64,000 nucleotides of DNA from Octopus sinensis (Eukaryota). The notes beneath the pieces are model-generated. The model was not told where the DNA came from. It made no database searches and saw nothing but the letters and a program-made list of their open reading frames with translations. Positions within the stretch are counted from its first letter, which is position 1. Each line of letters starts with the position of its first letter. The stretch spans positions 81,592,001 to 81,656,000 of the forward strand of contig NC_043002.1 in NCBI RefSeq assembly GCF_006345805.1. The letters run 5' to 3'. Shown here one piece after another: positions 42,533 to 54,732 of the stretch. Position numbers and translations under genes: made by a program.

Positions 42533-43331
42533 GCCCTTTGCTCCTTTCTCTTTTGGTTTCTTCGTACGCCATGTTATTTTTTTTCTTTCTTCCTTCTGAC
42601 TATCATTTCCATTTCCCCTATCACTTCTCCTTATCTTCTCTCTCCCTGCCTTTCTCCCTCTCTTTCTACCTCCCCCTCTCTCCCTCCCTCTCTTTCTCTC
42701 TCTTTCACTGTTCTCTTCTTTCTCTGGTTTCTCATCACATTTTCTCCTAGCTACCATCACTCCATTGTCAATCCCGTCTCCGCTCCCCCTCCTTCACATA
42801 CACTCTCTCATTAGCCTTGTCTCTCATCTTCCTTCTCCCTTTCTCTTTTCCTCACTAATTTCTTCTCTCTCGCTCTTTTTCTTCATCTGCCTCTACCGAA
42901 ATCATCCAACCTCATTCTTTAACCCCAACTATCTCCCTCTCATTCTCCCCTTCCATTCTGCCACACATGCACACATCTTTCTCACCCTCTGTCTATCTAT
43001 CTATCTATCTATCCCTCTGTCTATCTCTTTATCTCTCTCTCTCTCTCTCCCCGTCTCTATCTATCTATCTATCTATCCATCTTTGCTTGTTTATATCTTT
43101 CTCTCTCGTTCCTTCTATCTCACTCCCATCTTCACACCCTAACCACCGCAACCATCGTTACTGCTGCTTGCTTCTTCCCATTTCCAGACATTAAGCTTAA
43201 AGTACAATGACCAAACAAGATGCCACTCTTAGTTTTCCAGTTCCATGACCATTTTTCATATCGATCACTAACAAATCAGCCCATTTCTCATTGTTTTCCC
43301 TCTATCTATGTAATCAATGCTTGCAGTGAGT

Positions 43332-43427
<96 letters not shown>

Positions 43428-44033
43428 CATATATATATGTATATGGATGTATATAAATATATATACATATATATGCATATGCATGTATATACCTATATAT
43501 CTATGTATATGCGTCTGTGTATATACTGTGGTGTATATATGTGATGTTTCTTAATGTTTTAGGGTTTGGTCTTTGTGGGGAGACGAGTGAGGTGGGTTGA
43601 ATGTTTGAGTTAGAGAAGGGTGAGTCATTTTATTTATTTGCTTTTTCATTTTTTGTTGTTTTTTTGTTTTGTTTCATTTCGTTGTTTTTTTTTCCTTCAA
43701 ATTGGTGAACGAAAAAATATATTGATTTAATTATTTTTTTTCTTAATAATTTCGATTTTTGTTTTAGTTTTGCTGATGTTTTGTTTTGTTGTTATATTTT
43801 GTTGCTAAAAGTTTTGTGGGTTTTTTTTTTAATTTTTTATTTTTGTGAACTTTATTATCGATTGCAATTCTAAATTTATTCATAATCTGTAATGAAATGA
43901 GCAGACATTTTAAACAACAACGACAAACTATAGAAACAACACACCAACAACATCAACAATAATATCAACTACCAACGTTAGCAATAACAAAATATATTAA
44001 TAATAATAATAATAATAATAATATATAATAATA

Positions 44034-44112
<79 letters not shown>

Positions 44113-44119
44113 TAATAAC

Positions 44120-44175
<56 letters not shown>

Positions 44176-44298
44176 TAATAATGATAATAATGAGAAGGAG
44201 GAGGTGGAGGAGGGAGGACAGAAATAAAACAAGATTGATAACAATAATACCCACAACAGTAACCGTCATACCAGCCACCATTGCTTGCAAATAACAAA

Positions 44299-44367
<69 letters not shown>

Positions 44368-44686
44368 TAATAATAATAGTAATGATGATGATGATGATGA
44401 TGATGATGATAATGTTGATGAGGACAATGATAAAAGCAGAAATAGTAAGAACAATAACAATAACACTATCAATATTATCGACAGGAACAGCAACATTCAT
44501 AATGATAACATCAGTGAGAACATTATGAGCAAGCAGCCATAACAACAACAACAACAACAGTAACAACAAGCACTTTATTGAATAGAACAAACTAAAAAAA
44601 AATAAATTAATAAATAAATAACAATGACAATAACAACGATAACAATATATGGCAATATTGATGGAGATGGGGGGTGGAAACAACAG

Positions 44687-44727
<41 letters not shown>

Positions 44728-44866
44728 TAATAATAATAATAATAATAATAATAACAGCAATAATGATAACCACGTTAACAACAATAAGACAAACAAATAT
44801 TAATAACAATAACATCTATTAACAATAACAGCAGTAATGATCATCATCATCATCATCATCATCATG

Positions 44867-44925
<59 letters not shown>

Positions 44926-46300
44926 TAAAGCAATATTTAGAACGACAATAACAATAACAACAATGACAGCAATTATGATTTGATTTGGTAATAACAAAAA
45001 ACATAGAAAAGTGAAGTAATACGAAGTCCATCAATATTATTAATGCGAATAATATCGATCAGGAAAAATAACAACAACAACAACAACAGTAACAATAAAT
45101 ATAACATTAAGAACAACAACAACGAAAAGTATAACAATAAATGTATGTCTATAATAAAGATTAATTACTATATGAAATCATTATTATTGTTGCTGTTGTG
45201 ATTATTATTATCATTGTTGTTGTGATTATCATTATTATTATTAATATTATTATTATTATTATTATTATCATTATTATTATTATTATTATTTTCATTATCA
45301 TTATTATTATTACCATTATCATTATTATTATTGTTACTGTTATTATTATTGTTATTATTGTTATTATTATATTTATGTTGATATTTTGTTAACATTTTGA
45401 TCCCTTGTTTTTGTGGGTTTTTTCTTTTTTTTTAATATTTTTTTGAGGTGTGTGTTTATATGTAATATGTGTGTATGTTTACATGTATACGTAAGTGTAT
45501 GTATGTATGTATGTATGTATGTATGTATGTATGTATGTATGTATGTGTGTGCGTCTTTTTTACACGTAAATCTATGGTTGTATTAAAGATTATGTTCATG
45601 TGTGCGTGTATATCTATGTTCTTGTATATGTGAGTGTACGCATGTGTATATGGGATTATACGCATGTGTGTGTATGTATATGTGTGTGTGCGTGTGTGTG
45701 TGTGTGTTTCTGTGGTGTAATCTGTGCAGAAGTATGTGTGTATATGTGTATGTGTGTGCGTGCGTGTGTGTGATTATATGCATATATAATTATGTATATG
45801 TATGTGAGCATTATTTAGATTCAATTATATTTATGTATGCATGTGTTTAGGTGTCTGTATGGTTTCGTGTCTAGTGTGTGAGTATGTGTGAGTATGTGTG
45901 TGTGCGTATGTGTGTGTTATTCTGCTTGTGCGTCTTCATATCTGTGTGTGTGTGTGCGCGTGTGTCTACATGTGTATGTATGCGTTAGTGTGTGTACTTG
46001 TATATTTGTGTGTGTGTGTGTGTGTATGTGCGTGTGTGTCTGCATTTGTATGTGTATGTACGCGTGTATATATGCTTATTACAATTTGTGTCTATATATA
46101 TGCTTGTGTATTTACCATGTCCATGGATATTTGCTTCTGTGCCTGTAATATAATTATATAACTTTGCATTTCAGGATATCTTGTGTGTATGTGTGTGTGA
46201 GAGAGAGTGTGTGTGTATGTGTCTGTGACTGTATGTGTGTTTGTCTGGTTGTGTAGGTGTGTGTATATATATGTAGGAATACCTCTGTACGTGTGTGTGT
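42460..46300. repeat. Compound microsatellite field: (CT)n, (TA)n, (AAT)n, (GAT)n, (TATG)n, (TG)n; similar fields at 1-1130, 16770-18110, 21400-22970 and 26630-29200
   Basis: Direct reading. Confidence 0.95.
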
Positions 46301-47178
46301 ATGTGTACATATACTTTGGTGTTTAGAACTGTTCGTCTGTCTGCCTGCCTATTAGAGAGTATTGCTTGTACTCTTCCTATTATTGTAATTCTTGTTGTTT
46401 AGCCGTGTGAAGGCGCATGGCTCAGTGGTTAGGGCGTAGAGCTTACGCTCGTGAGGCTGTGAGTTTCGATTCCCGGTCCGGTCTGCGTGTTGTGTTCTTG
46501 AGCAATACACTTTATTTCACGTCGCTCCAGTTAACTCAGCTGTACAAATGAGTTGCGACATCACTGGTGCCAAGCTGTATCGACCTTTGCCTTTCCCTAG
46601 GATAACATCCTAGGAGGGGAGGCTGTTATGCATGGGCGACTTCTAGCCTTCCACAAACAATCTTGCCCGGACTTGTGCCTCGGAGGGTAACTTTGTAGGT
46701 GCAATCCCATGGTCATTCATAACCTTGTTGCTGTTTAGGCGTAGGTCAATTGTAATCAAGCAGACCTATGATCAAATCGCTCCAGCCACGAGTCTCTTAC
46801 TTTCAAACAATGTGCTGAAGGTTGTTGCATTATGCAATGAACCTTTCATCTTGTCAGAAGGTAAAATATAGATTGTTTGAGAGGAAATTGGTTGTCATTT
46901 CTAGCATGACAATGGATCACTTAGAGGCTATGAAACGAAGGTAAAGTATTCACCATTATCCATAGCTAGTAGTAGTATTATGTGTTGTGTGTGTGTGTGT
47001 GTGCATGTGTGTGTTGTGTGTGCGTGTGTGTGGTGTGTGTGTGTCTGAGTTCCTTGGATGGTCACCAATTACTCAGCGGATGGTCATCATTGAGTAGAAG
47101 TTGACATGAATACGGCAGCAACCAGTGGCCAGTCCATAACAACTGTCCAGCAAAAACACCGAGGAAATATATATATAG

Positions 47179-47219
<41 letters not shown>

Positions 47220-47530
47220 GGTGTGTGTGTGTGTATGTATGTATGTATGTATGTATGTATGTATGTATGATGTATGTGTATGTATATTTGTATGTATGTA
47301 TATGTGTGTATATATATATTTCTATATACATACACATATATATATAAATATAAATATATATATATTTCTCTCTCTATATATATACATTCAAAATTCAAAA
47401 TGCATTCAAAATGTGACCGCGTGTGCACCGTTGGCGATTTTTTTTTCTCCGTCTTCCCTTATTTGGATCTTTCCTTTTCCTATGTATATAGACACAGCTA
47501 CATAGACGCACACATTTAAAGAAAGAATAA

Positions 47531-47568
<38 letters not shown>

Positions 47569-48387
47569 TAATTATATATATATATAAGATGTGTGTGTGT
47601 GTGTTGTGTGTGTGTGGTGTGTGCACCCATACATACATATATACAGACAGACATGCATACATACATACAAACGTAACAAACACACATACATCACCACGTA
47701 TCAGTTTCTAAAAGATATTTTTATTAATCATCGTTGGATAAAACCATAAACTGCTTTATGAGACATAAAAGGGATTATTCCCGCTTTAATAGATGAACAC
47801 AGGTTATCGAGATTTCAGAATAACGTACAAGTAATCCATCTAAGAATCACCATTTTACATTGACGGAGGAGTGGTGTTAGGAGTGAGTAGGGTTAGGTAA
47901 GAATGAAAGGGATTTTGATATTTCATGCAAGTTTTTCTTGCGATGAACAATGAAAGAGATGAATATTCGTTCGTGTAGTAACATTGAGTTGTTATCGCCC
48001 CCCAGCTGCCATTGGCCGCTAGATGACTACGGAACCATAACCGCCCATAAAATAGTCCGTTTGATCATCAACTCAGACCTTGAATCTTTTTATATTTTGG
48101 CTCAGAGGCACGGCTTTGATTGGTCTACTTGAAAAATCGACCCCAATGGTATTTTTGGGGATTGTGCGAGAGTCTGGTATTAAATATGGACTCTTGGTCC
48201 AACTGCTAAGGCTTATCAGTCTACTCATACTAATATTATATACGCACATACATACAAACATTCATACACGTACACGTGTGTAAGAATTTCTCAACACAAA
48301 ACGAGAAAAAACACTTAGAAACGATTCTCTCTATCTCTCCCTCTCCCTCACTCACTTACTCTCACTTTCTTTCCCTCATTCTCTCTT

Positions 48388-48439
<52 letters not shown>

Positions 48440-48524
48440 ACTGCCATAATGTTGCAGCCTCCAGTGAAGAAAATGCGCATGTGTTTGTGTATGCACTGCC
48501 TTAAAGGGGTTTTTAATGGAAGAA

Positions 48525-48705
48525 ATCGACCATAGGACTTATTTTTGTAAGCCTTCTTATTCTTTCGGTCCCTTATACCGAACAGCTAGGTTACTGTGAC
48601 GTAAGCACACCAACATCGGTGTCAATGTTGATAGGGTGATATACATATATAAATATATACATACATTATATATTATATATATGTGGTGTGTGTGTGTGTG
48701 TATAC

Positions 48706-48761
<56 letters not shown>

Positions 48762-48905
48762 GGCACGCTTCCTTCAGTTTCCATCCACCAAATCCACTCA
48801 CAAGGCTCTGTTTGGCCCATGGCTATAGTAGAAGACACTTGCCTAAGGTGCCACGTAGTGGAACCGAGCCTGGAAGCATGTGGTTGGGAAGCAAGCTTCT
48901 TACCA
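48525..48905 (-). mobile_element. SINE family A, diverged; further head-only fragments at 23146-23308, 29999-30122 and 49145-49300 (all minus)
   Basis: caaatccactcacaagg..gaagacacttgcc.aaggt motif. Confidence 0.8.
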
Positions 48906-49068
48906 CTCGGTAACGAACGATGAACTGAAAACAGAAGTCAGATAGATGTACACACTGAATATATTAGTTTGGTGCTCGATGTTTCGTGCATAGCCCTCCT
49001 TCAGATAGTGGAAGAAATGCAGTGAAGAAAGAAAAGCGGGAAGGAGCGGACAATATATATATGTGTAT

Positions 49069-49138
<70 letters not shown>

Positions 49139-49432
49139 ATATGGCGGGCCTTCACACGTTTTCTGCCTACCACAGTCACTCATTAGGCATTGGTCGGTCC
49201 GAGCCGATAGCAGAAGTTATTTGTCCAAGGTACCGCGCAGTGAGGTTAGACCCCAAAACACGTAGCTGCAAAACGAACTCCTTAAACAAACAGCTATGAA
49301 GGAAAAAAGTAATAAAATGTGGAAGTATGGTGAAATACGTACATTTGGTTAGAATACACAAAACATACAGCCAAGTAGTTAGGTTATTGTTATTATAACG
49401 TGTGTAGCATTAAATGCATTAACTAGAAATAA

Positions 49433-49464
49433 TCTCTCTATATATAAACGGCAAAATGTCTGTC

Positions 49465-49499
<35 letters not shown>

Positions 49500-49822
49500 T
49501 TTATACAAATCCACAATTTTTCAGTTAGAGGGCTCGCACTTTCTATGGTCATTCAAAACCGTCCAAGGGTGGTCGTGCACATCTTTACATTTCTCCAGTC
49601 ACCCCGCAAAGCCATTAAAAAATCAATAGAAGTGACTTGTTTGTGAATTTTCTATCCCAAACCCAATCAAAATGCCCGAAACTTGATATGCCAATTGAGT
49701 GCCAGCTAGCTGTATGTGATTGGTCAGAGATTTGGACATTACTCGCGTGTATGTGCACATGCATGCTGCTGTATATGCATGCACTAGCACTATGACCCGG
49801 CGTTGCCGGGTCATAGTGCTAA
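49433..49822 (+). mobile_element. Non-autonomous Helitron-like element
   Basis: A|TC start, TATATAAACGGCA plus (TGTC)n as in 25925-26365, and a terminal 17-bp hairpin (49785-49821) ending CTAA|T. Confidence 0.72.
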
Positions 49823-51524
49823 TTATGCTATAGATTGAAAGGAATCATGATATAACTCAACAACTACGGAGACAACTCTGGGTAAATATCGCTTTCATTA
49901 CGACTTCATCATCAAAATATGACCTTCGCTGTATTTGCCGAAATAAGGATTAAAGCAGTAGCAGGTGGAGTGAAACAGTGTTGTTTATAGAATATAAAGC
50001 TTAGAGATGCTGTCTGTATGATGAACGATAAAGTTAGTGGTAATGTATTTAAAACAAAGCTTCATAGAAATATTTACACTTTGAGAAACAAAAACAATAT
50101 AGTTAATGATTAACTCCATTCTAATCATTTCGGCAAGTACGGGTTGATAACTCCCGGCATGTTTCGGTCTTATTGCAGCCTTATCAACGAGGTACTGATT
50201 TCACTTTTTTTTTTTTTTGCCGAACTAATGACCTATGTATCACTTAAAACTGTAACGGTATAGTAAATTGTTTTGAGAATTAATAAGTCAGTCGCGCCTA
50301 CTGTATGAAAAACATTTTTTAAGCTAATGTTAATATATTTAATATAAAAATATCTCAAAAGGCCTAAATGGAAATATATATGCAGCGAGGGAAAAATATT
50401 AGCCCTTCAGTAATATTATTTCCAGTGTTTTTGTTTTCTTTTCTTGTTTTCGAGAAGTTTCAGACAGCTGTGCATATGTTTCGGCATTGCTACGTTCTCA
50501 TCAGCGAAGCATAGACTTCAGGCAATTGTCAAAAGGAAAAGAAATTAATATAAACCAATGAGTACTATTACTATTTTGCTATATAAAATCCATCTAGGGA
50601 ATTTCTTTTCTTAATATTCTATACATTAAATATGTTAACCCTAATTAATGCGCAATGTCCCTTTGTGACTATGTGTATATGTGTGCGTGTGTTTCTAAAT
50701 ATGTATGAATGTGAATGTATGAGTTAATTTCAACATTTCAACAAAAATTTTCTCTTCAATATTCCAGATTTAGAAAGTTCTTCATTCCACAATGCCTTCT
50801 GAGTTTTGCTTGATATTTTTCTCTTACGCATTATTCATTACAAAGTTTTGAAGTAATATTTCACATGAGACCTCATTATAATTCTCGCTTATTAATTAAA
50901 TTTGCGGATAAAAAAAAAATCAACATATAAATATCTCCGACGAGAGACAAACAAGAAGCGACGACGTGCGTATGCGTGTGTGTGTACGCGTGTGTGTGTA
51001 TGTCTGTCTGTCTGTCTGTCTGTCTCTCTGTCTGTGTGTGTGTGTATGTCTGTCTGTCTGTCTGTTTGTCTCTCTATCTGTGTGTGTGTGTGGATTGTTT
51101 AATCTGGAGTGGTGAGATAGAGAAAGATATATTTTATGGTTGGTACTGGTGCTAGTGCTAATGGTGCAGTCTTAGTTACCTTGTTGTTGTGATTGCTGGT
51201 TTTGTTGTCGTTGTAGTTGTTCTCTGCCAGGTCGATCCTGATGCGACAGACTCAACGACGATCAAAACCATTCAACACATAACCAAGTCATCATTTTATT
51301 CTTTTTTGCCATTGCCTAATACAGCAAAATACGTTATTCGATGGCGCATTGCGTTCCCCAATTCAAGACAGTGGGGTTTGATGGAGATTTGGTCTATACT
51401 TCTAGCATGTCGACCGAACACGCAAATACTCCTCCCCCTTTGACTCAGGGAAATATGCATGCACACAATAACTCATATATACATGCATAAATATACACAC
51501 ATATGATAATAATATTTTCTACTA

Positions 51525-52138
51525 TAGGCACAAGGCCTGAAATTTGAGGCAGGATACTAGTCGATTACATGGACCCCAGCATTTGACTGGTACATATTTC
51601 ATCGAACTCTAAAGGATGAAAGGCAGAGTCGACCTCGGCAGAATTTGAAGGTGGGGGTGTTGTTGTATGTATAGATACATGATTCTGACCTCCAGAACGT
51701 AACGACAGACGGAATACCTATTTCTATTTCTTTACTACCCACAAGGGGCTAAACACAAAGAGGACAAGCAAGGACAGACAAACGGATTAAGTCGATTATA
51801 TCGACCCCAGTGCGTAACTGGTACTTATTTAATCGACCCCGAAAAGATGAAATGCAAAGTCGACCTCGGTAGAATTTGAACTTAGAACGTAACGTCAGAC
51901 GAAATACCTATTTCTTTATTACCCACAAGGGGCTAAACACAGAGGGGACAAACAAGGACAGACATAGGTATTAAGTCGATTGCATCGACCCCAGTGCGTA
52001 ACTGGTACTTAATTTATCGATCCCGAAAGGATGAAAGGCAAAGTCGACCTCGGCGGAATTTGAACCCAGAACGTAACGGCAGACGAAATACCGTAAAGCA
52101 TTTCTCCCAGCGTGCTAACGATTCTGCCAACTCACCGC
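51525..52138 (-). mobile_element. Family E trimer: two ~190-bp Tx1-tailed units plus a terminal partial E unit
   Basis: Unit repeats start at 51719 and 51909; both tails join ggtatt(t/c)cgtctg of the next unit. Confidence 0.82.
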
Positions 52139-52205
52139 TTTCATATCTAATATTAATAATAATAATGAGTATAGAGACTTGTAAATCCATATTTTTATTT
52201 TATAG

Positions 52206-52346
52206 TTATATACAGCATATCACAATTACCTGCACGTGTTTCCACTGCACCGGTTGCACATTGTTGCAGATGCAACATTGCAGTATTCTCAGTGCAGTTC
52301 CATCAAGGTCCGCCCATTTGGTCTTCCCCGAAGTGAACAGGTTCAA
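52206..52346 (+). other. Possible isolated 141-nt exon
   Basis: Acceptor atttttattttatag|, donor |gtaagc, length 47 codons, open in two frames (e.g. LYTAYHNYLHVFPLHRLHIVADATLQYSQCSSIKVRPFGLPRSEQVQ). Protein not recognised. Confidence 0.3.
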
Positions 52347-52759
52347 GTAAGCTTTTATTAGTTACTGTTCAGTAGAAGGCGGGGGTGGTGTTGTATGTAT
52401 AAATGCATGATTCTGACATCCAGCTCACCCCTGTTGTTGACGAAGTTTAATGAGGATATTTAAACCGCTTATAGGGATATTTATCCAAGATACACTGGTT
52501 TAATATGTTAAATTTTGAAGAGATATTTCTTCAATGAATATATTGAATAAAATATCGTAATATATCAAACATTATTATCGAGTTAGAAAACAGAGAGATC
52601 TAATGGATACAGATTAATTAATTAATTAGTCAAGCAAAAATTACAAAATATATATAGATATATGTTTTCGTTTTACATACCTTGTATGGAAAGTATCGGG
52701 GTGTACAAAGAACAATAAGGATTACATTAGGATACGTTTGGAATACACAGAATATATTC

Positions 52760-53390
52760 TTTATTCTTTTATTCTTTTACTTGTTTCAGTCATTTGACTG
52801 CGGCCATGCTAAAGCACCGCCTTTTAGTCATGCCAATCGACCCCAAGACTTAGCCTTTGTAAGCCTAGTACTTGTTCTATCGCTCCCTTTTGCCGAACCG
52901 ATAAGTGACGGGGACGTAAACACACCGGCATCGGTTGTTAAGCGATGTTGGGGTGACAAACATACACACAAACGTATACATATATATATATAGTTAATCT
53001 AAACATGAAAACACAAAGAGAAAACACAACAACGCGAGGACGTGGAACAAGTATAGTATTACTGGACGCTCAGGAAAGAAGGAAAGAAGGAGGGTTTAAC
53101 CTTTCGGGCGGAGCTCTTCGCCAGAAACATAGGAAAAGGAAAGATCCAAAGAAGGGAAAGACGGAGGAAAAAAATCGCCAACGGTACGCACGCGGTCACA
53201 TTTTGAATTATATATATACACGACAGGCTTCTTTCAGTTCCGTCTACCAGATCCACTCACAAGGCTTTAGTCGGCCCAAAGCTATGGTAGAAGACACTTG
53301 CCCAAGGTGCCACGCAGTGGGACTGAATCCGGAACCATGTGGCTGGTAAGCAAGCTTCTTACCACACAGCCACTCCTGCGTCTATATATG
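52760..53390 (-). mobile_element. SINE family A interrupted by a Penelope-terminus-like insert
   Basis: Tail at 52760-52980 and head at 53220-53390, separated by the insert at 52993-53208. Confidence 0.85.
52993..53208 (-). mobile_element. Penelope-terminus-like repeat inserted in the (TA)n of a SINE; relatives at 53721-53918, 54000-54144 and 47404-47485
   Basis: Shared blocks gaagacggagga..aaaatcgccaacg and a decayed hammerhead motif CTGGCGA-A-GAGCTCCGCCC-GAAA (53102-53124, minus). Confidence 0.5.
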
Positions 53391-53437
53391 CAGACATGCG
53401 TCTATATATGCAGACATGAGTCTATGTATGTAGACAT

Positions 53438-53482
<45 letters not shown>

Positions 53483-53684
53483 GGACGTGCAGCGTAGGTG
53501 AGCAAGGTAGACAGTGCCTACCTTAAATAAGATAAATCGATAGCAACATTTTTCTTTTATGGCAAAACATGCACCTAATTCATTAATTAGGTTACTCTGG
53601 TTACTATGCATAAAATATTTTATTTTTGGGTGCATTAGGTAGGCATAATAGTAGATTAGGAAGGCATATGCAATATGTATATAT

Positions 53685-53721
<37 letters not shown>

Positions 53722-53773
53722 TAAATCCAAACAAGAAGAACAAACGCAAAAAAACAACAACGCAAGGACGTGG

Positions 53774-53947
53774 TACATGTAAAATATTAGCAGACGCTCA
53801 GAGAAGTAAAGAAAGATTGTTTAATAATTCGAGCAGACGCTCTTCTTCGGAAACAGAAGAAAGTCCAATAGGAGGGAAGACGGAGGAAGAAAATCGCCAA
53901 CGATTCACATGTGGTTACACACACACACACACACACACACACAACAC

Positions 53948-53984
<37 letters not shown>

Positions 53985-54144
53985 GGTGTGTGTGTGTGTG
54001 TAACCACATGTGAATCGTTGGCGATTTTCTTCCTCCGTCTTCCCTCCTATTGGACTTTCTTCTGTTTCCGAAGAAGAGCGTCTGCTCGAATTGTTAAACA
54101 ATCTTTCTTTACTTCTCTGAGCGTCTGCTAATATTTTACATGTA
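53774..54144. repeat. 371-bp fold-back palindrome centred on (CA)n(TA)n(TG)n
   Basis: 145-bp arms (53774-53918 / 54000-54144) with one mismatch; the track shows the same peptide on both strands. Confidence 0.9.
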
Positions 54145-54275
54145 TATATGCATATAAATGCATATATATATATGCATATATATGTGTGTATATATATATA
54201 TATATATCTATATATGCATATATATATATGCATAATATATATATATCTATATATGCATATATATGCATATATATG

Positions 54276-54313
54276 CATATATATGCATATAAATCTATCT
54301 ATATATACAACTC

Positions 54314-54365
<52 letters not shown>

Positions 54366-54394
54366 GAGTTGTATATATAGATAGATTTATATGC

Positions 54395-54403
<9 letters not shown>
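54276..54403. repeat. 128-bp perfect palindrome centred on (TA)20
   Basis: ..aaatctatctatatatacaactctacatg(TA)20catgtagagttgtatatatagatagattt.. Confidence 0.88.
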
Positions 54404-54467
<64 letters not shown>

Positions 54468-54523
54468 GTGTATATATATATATATACATATGAATATATT
54501 TATGTATGTATATATATATATAT

Positions 54524-54562
<39 letters not shown>

Positions 54563-54653
54563 ATTTATTATTGCTTCTTTACACTTTTTCGAGATCAGTG
54601 ACTTTTCGTCACTGGAAAAACGATATATGTATTTGCATTGGGACCCCTTCGCA

Positions 54654-54732
54654 TCGAAGACCGGTGATTGTCGTGCGCTGACGACGGGTAAATATCCAGA
54701 AACCCGGGTCCGTGCGTATCACGTCAGGTCGA
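54654..54732 (+). ncRNA. Candidate type I hammerhead ribozyme
   Basis: Core CUGACGA (54678-84); stem II GGGU-AAAU-AUCC; GAAA (54699-702); palindromic stem III ACCCGGGU; GUC cleavage triplet (C54710); stem I CGUGCG/CGUGCG extended by GUGAU/AUCAC. Confidence 0.65.

Noticed and set aside
43965-45395. Poly-I/N/Y/L ORFs
   Set aside because: (AAT)n microsatellite translations; the same applies to all YI/HT/CV/IYLS-repeat ORFs in the track.
51719-52090. Regular ~190-bp repeats as a CRISPR-like or spacer array
   Set aside because: Whole units are similar with no unique spacers; eukaryotic SINE multimer, no cas genes.
53386-53445. 20-bp unit x3 (gcgtctatatatgcagacat) at a SINE 5' end
   Set aside because: Simple slippage duplication with no further structure.
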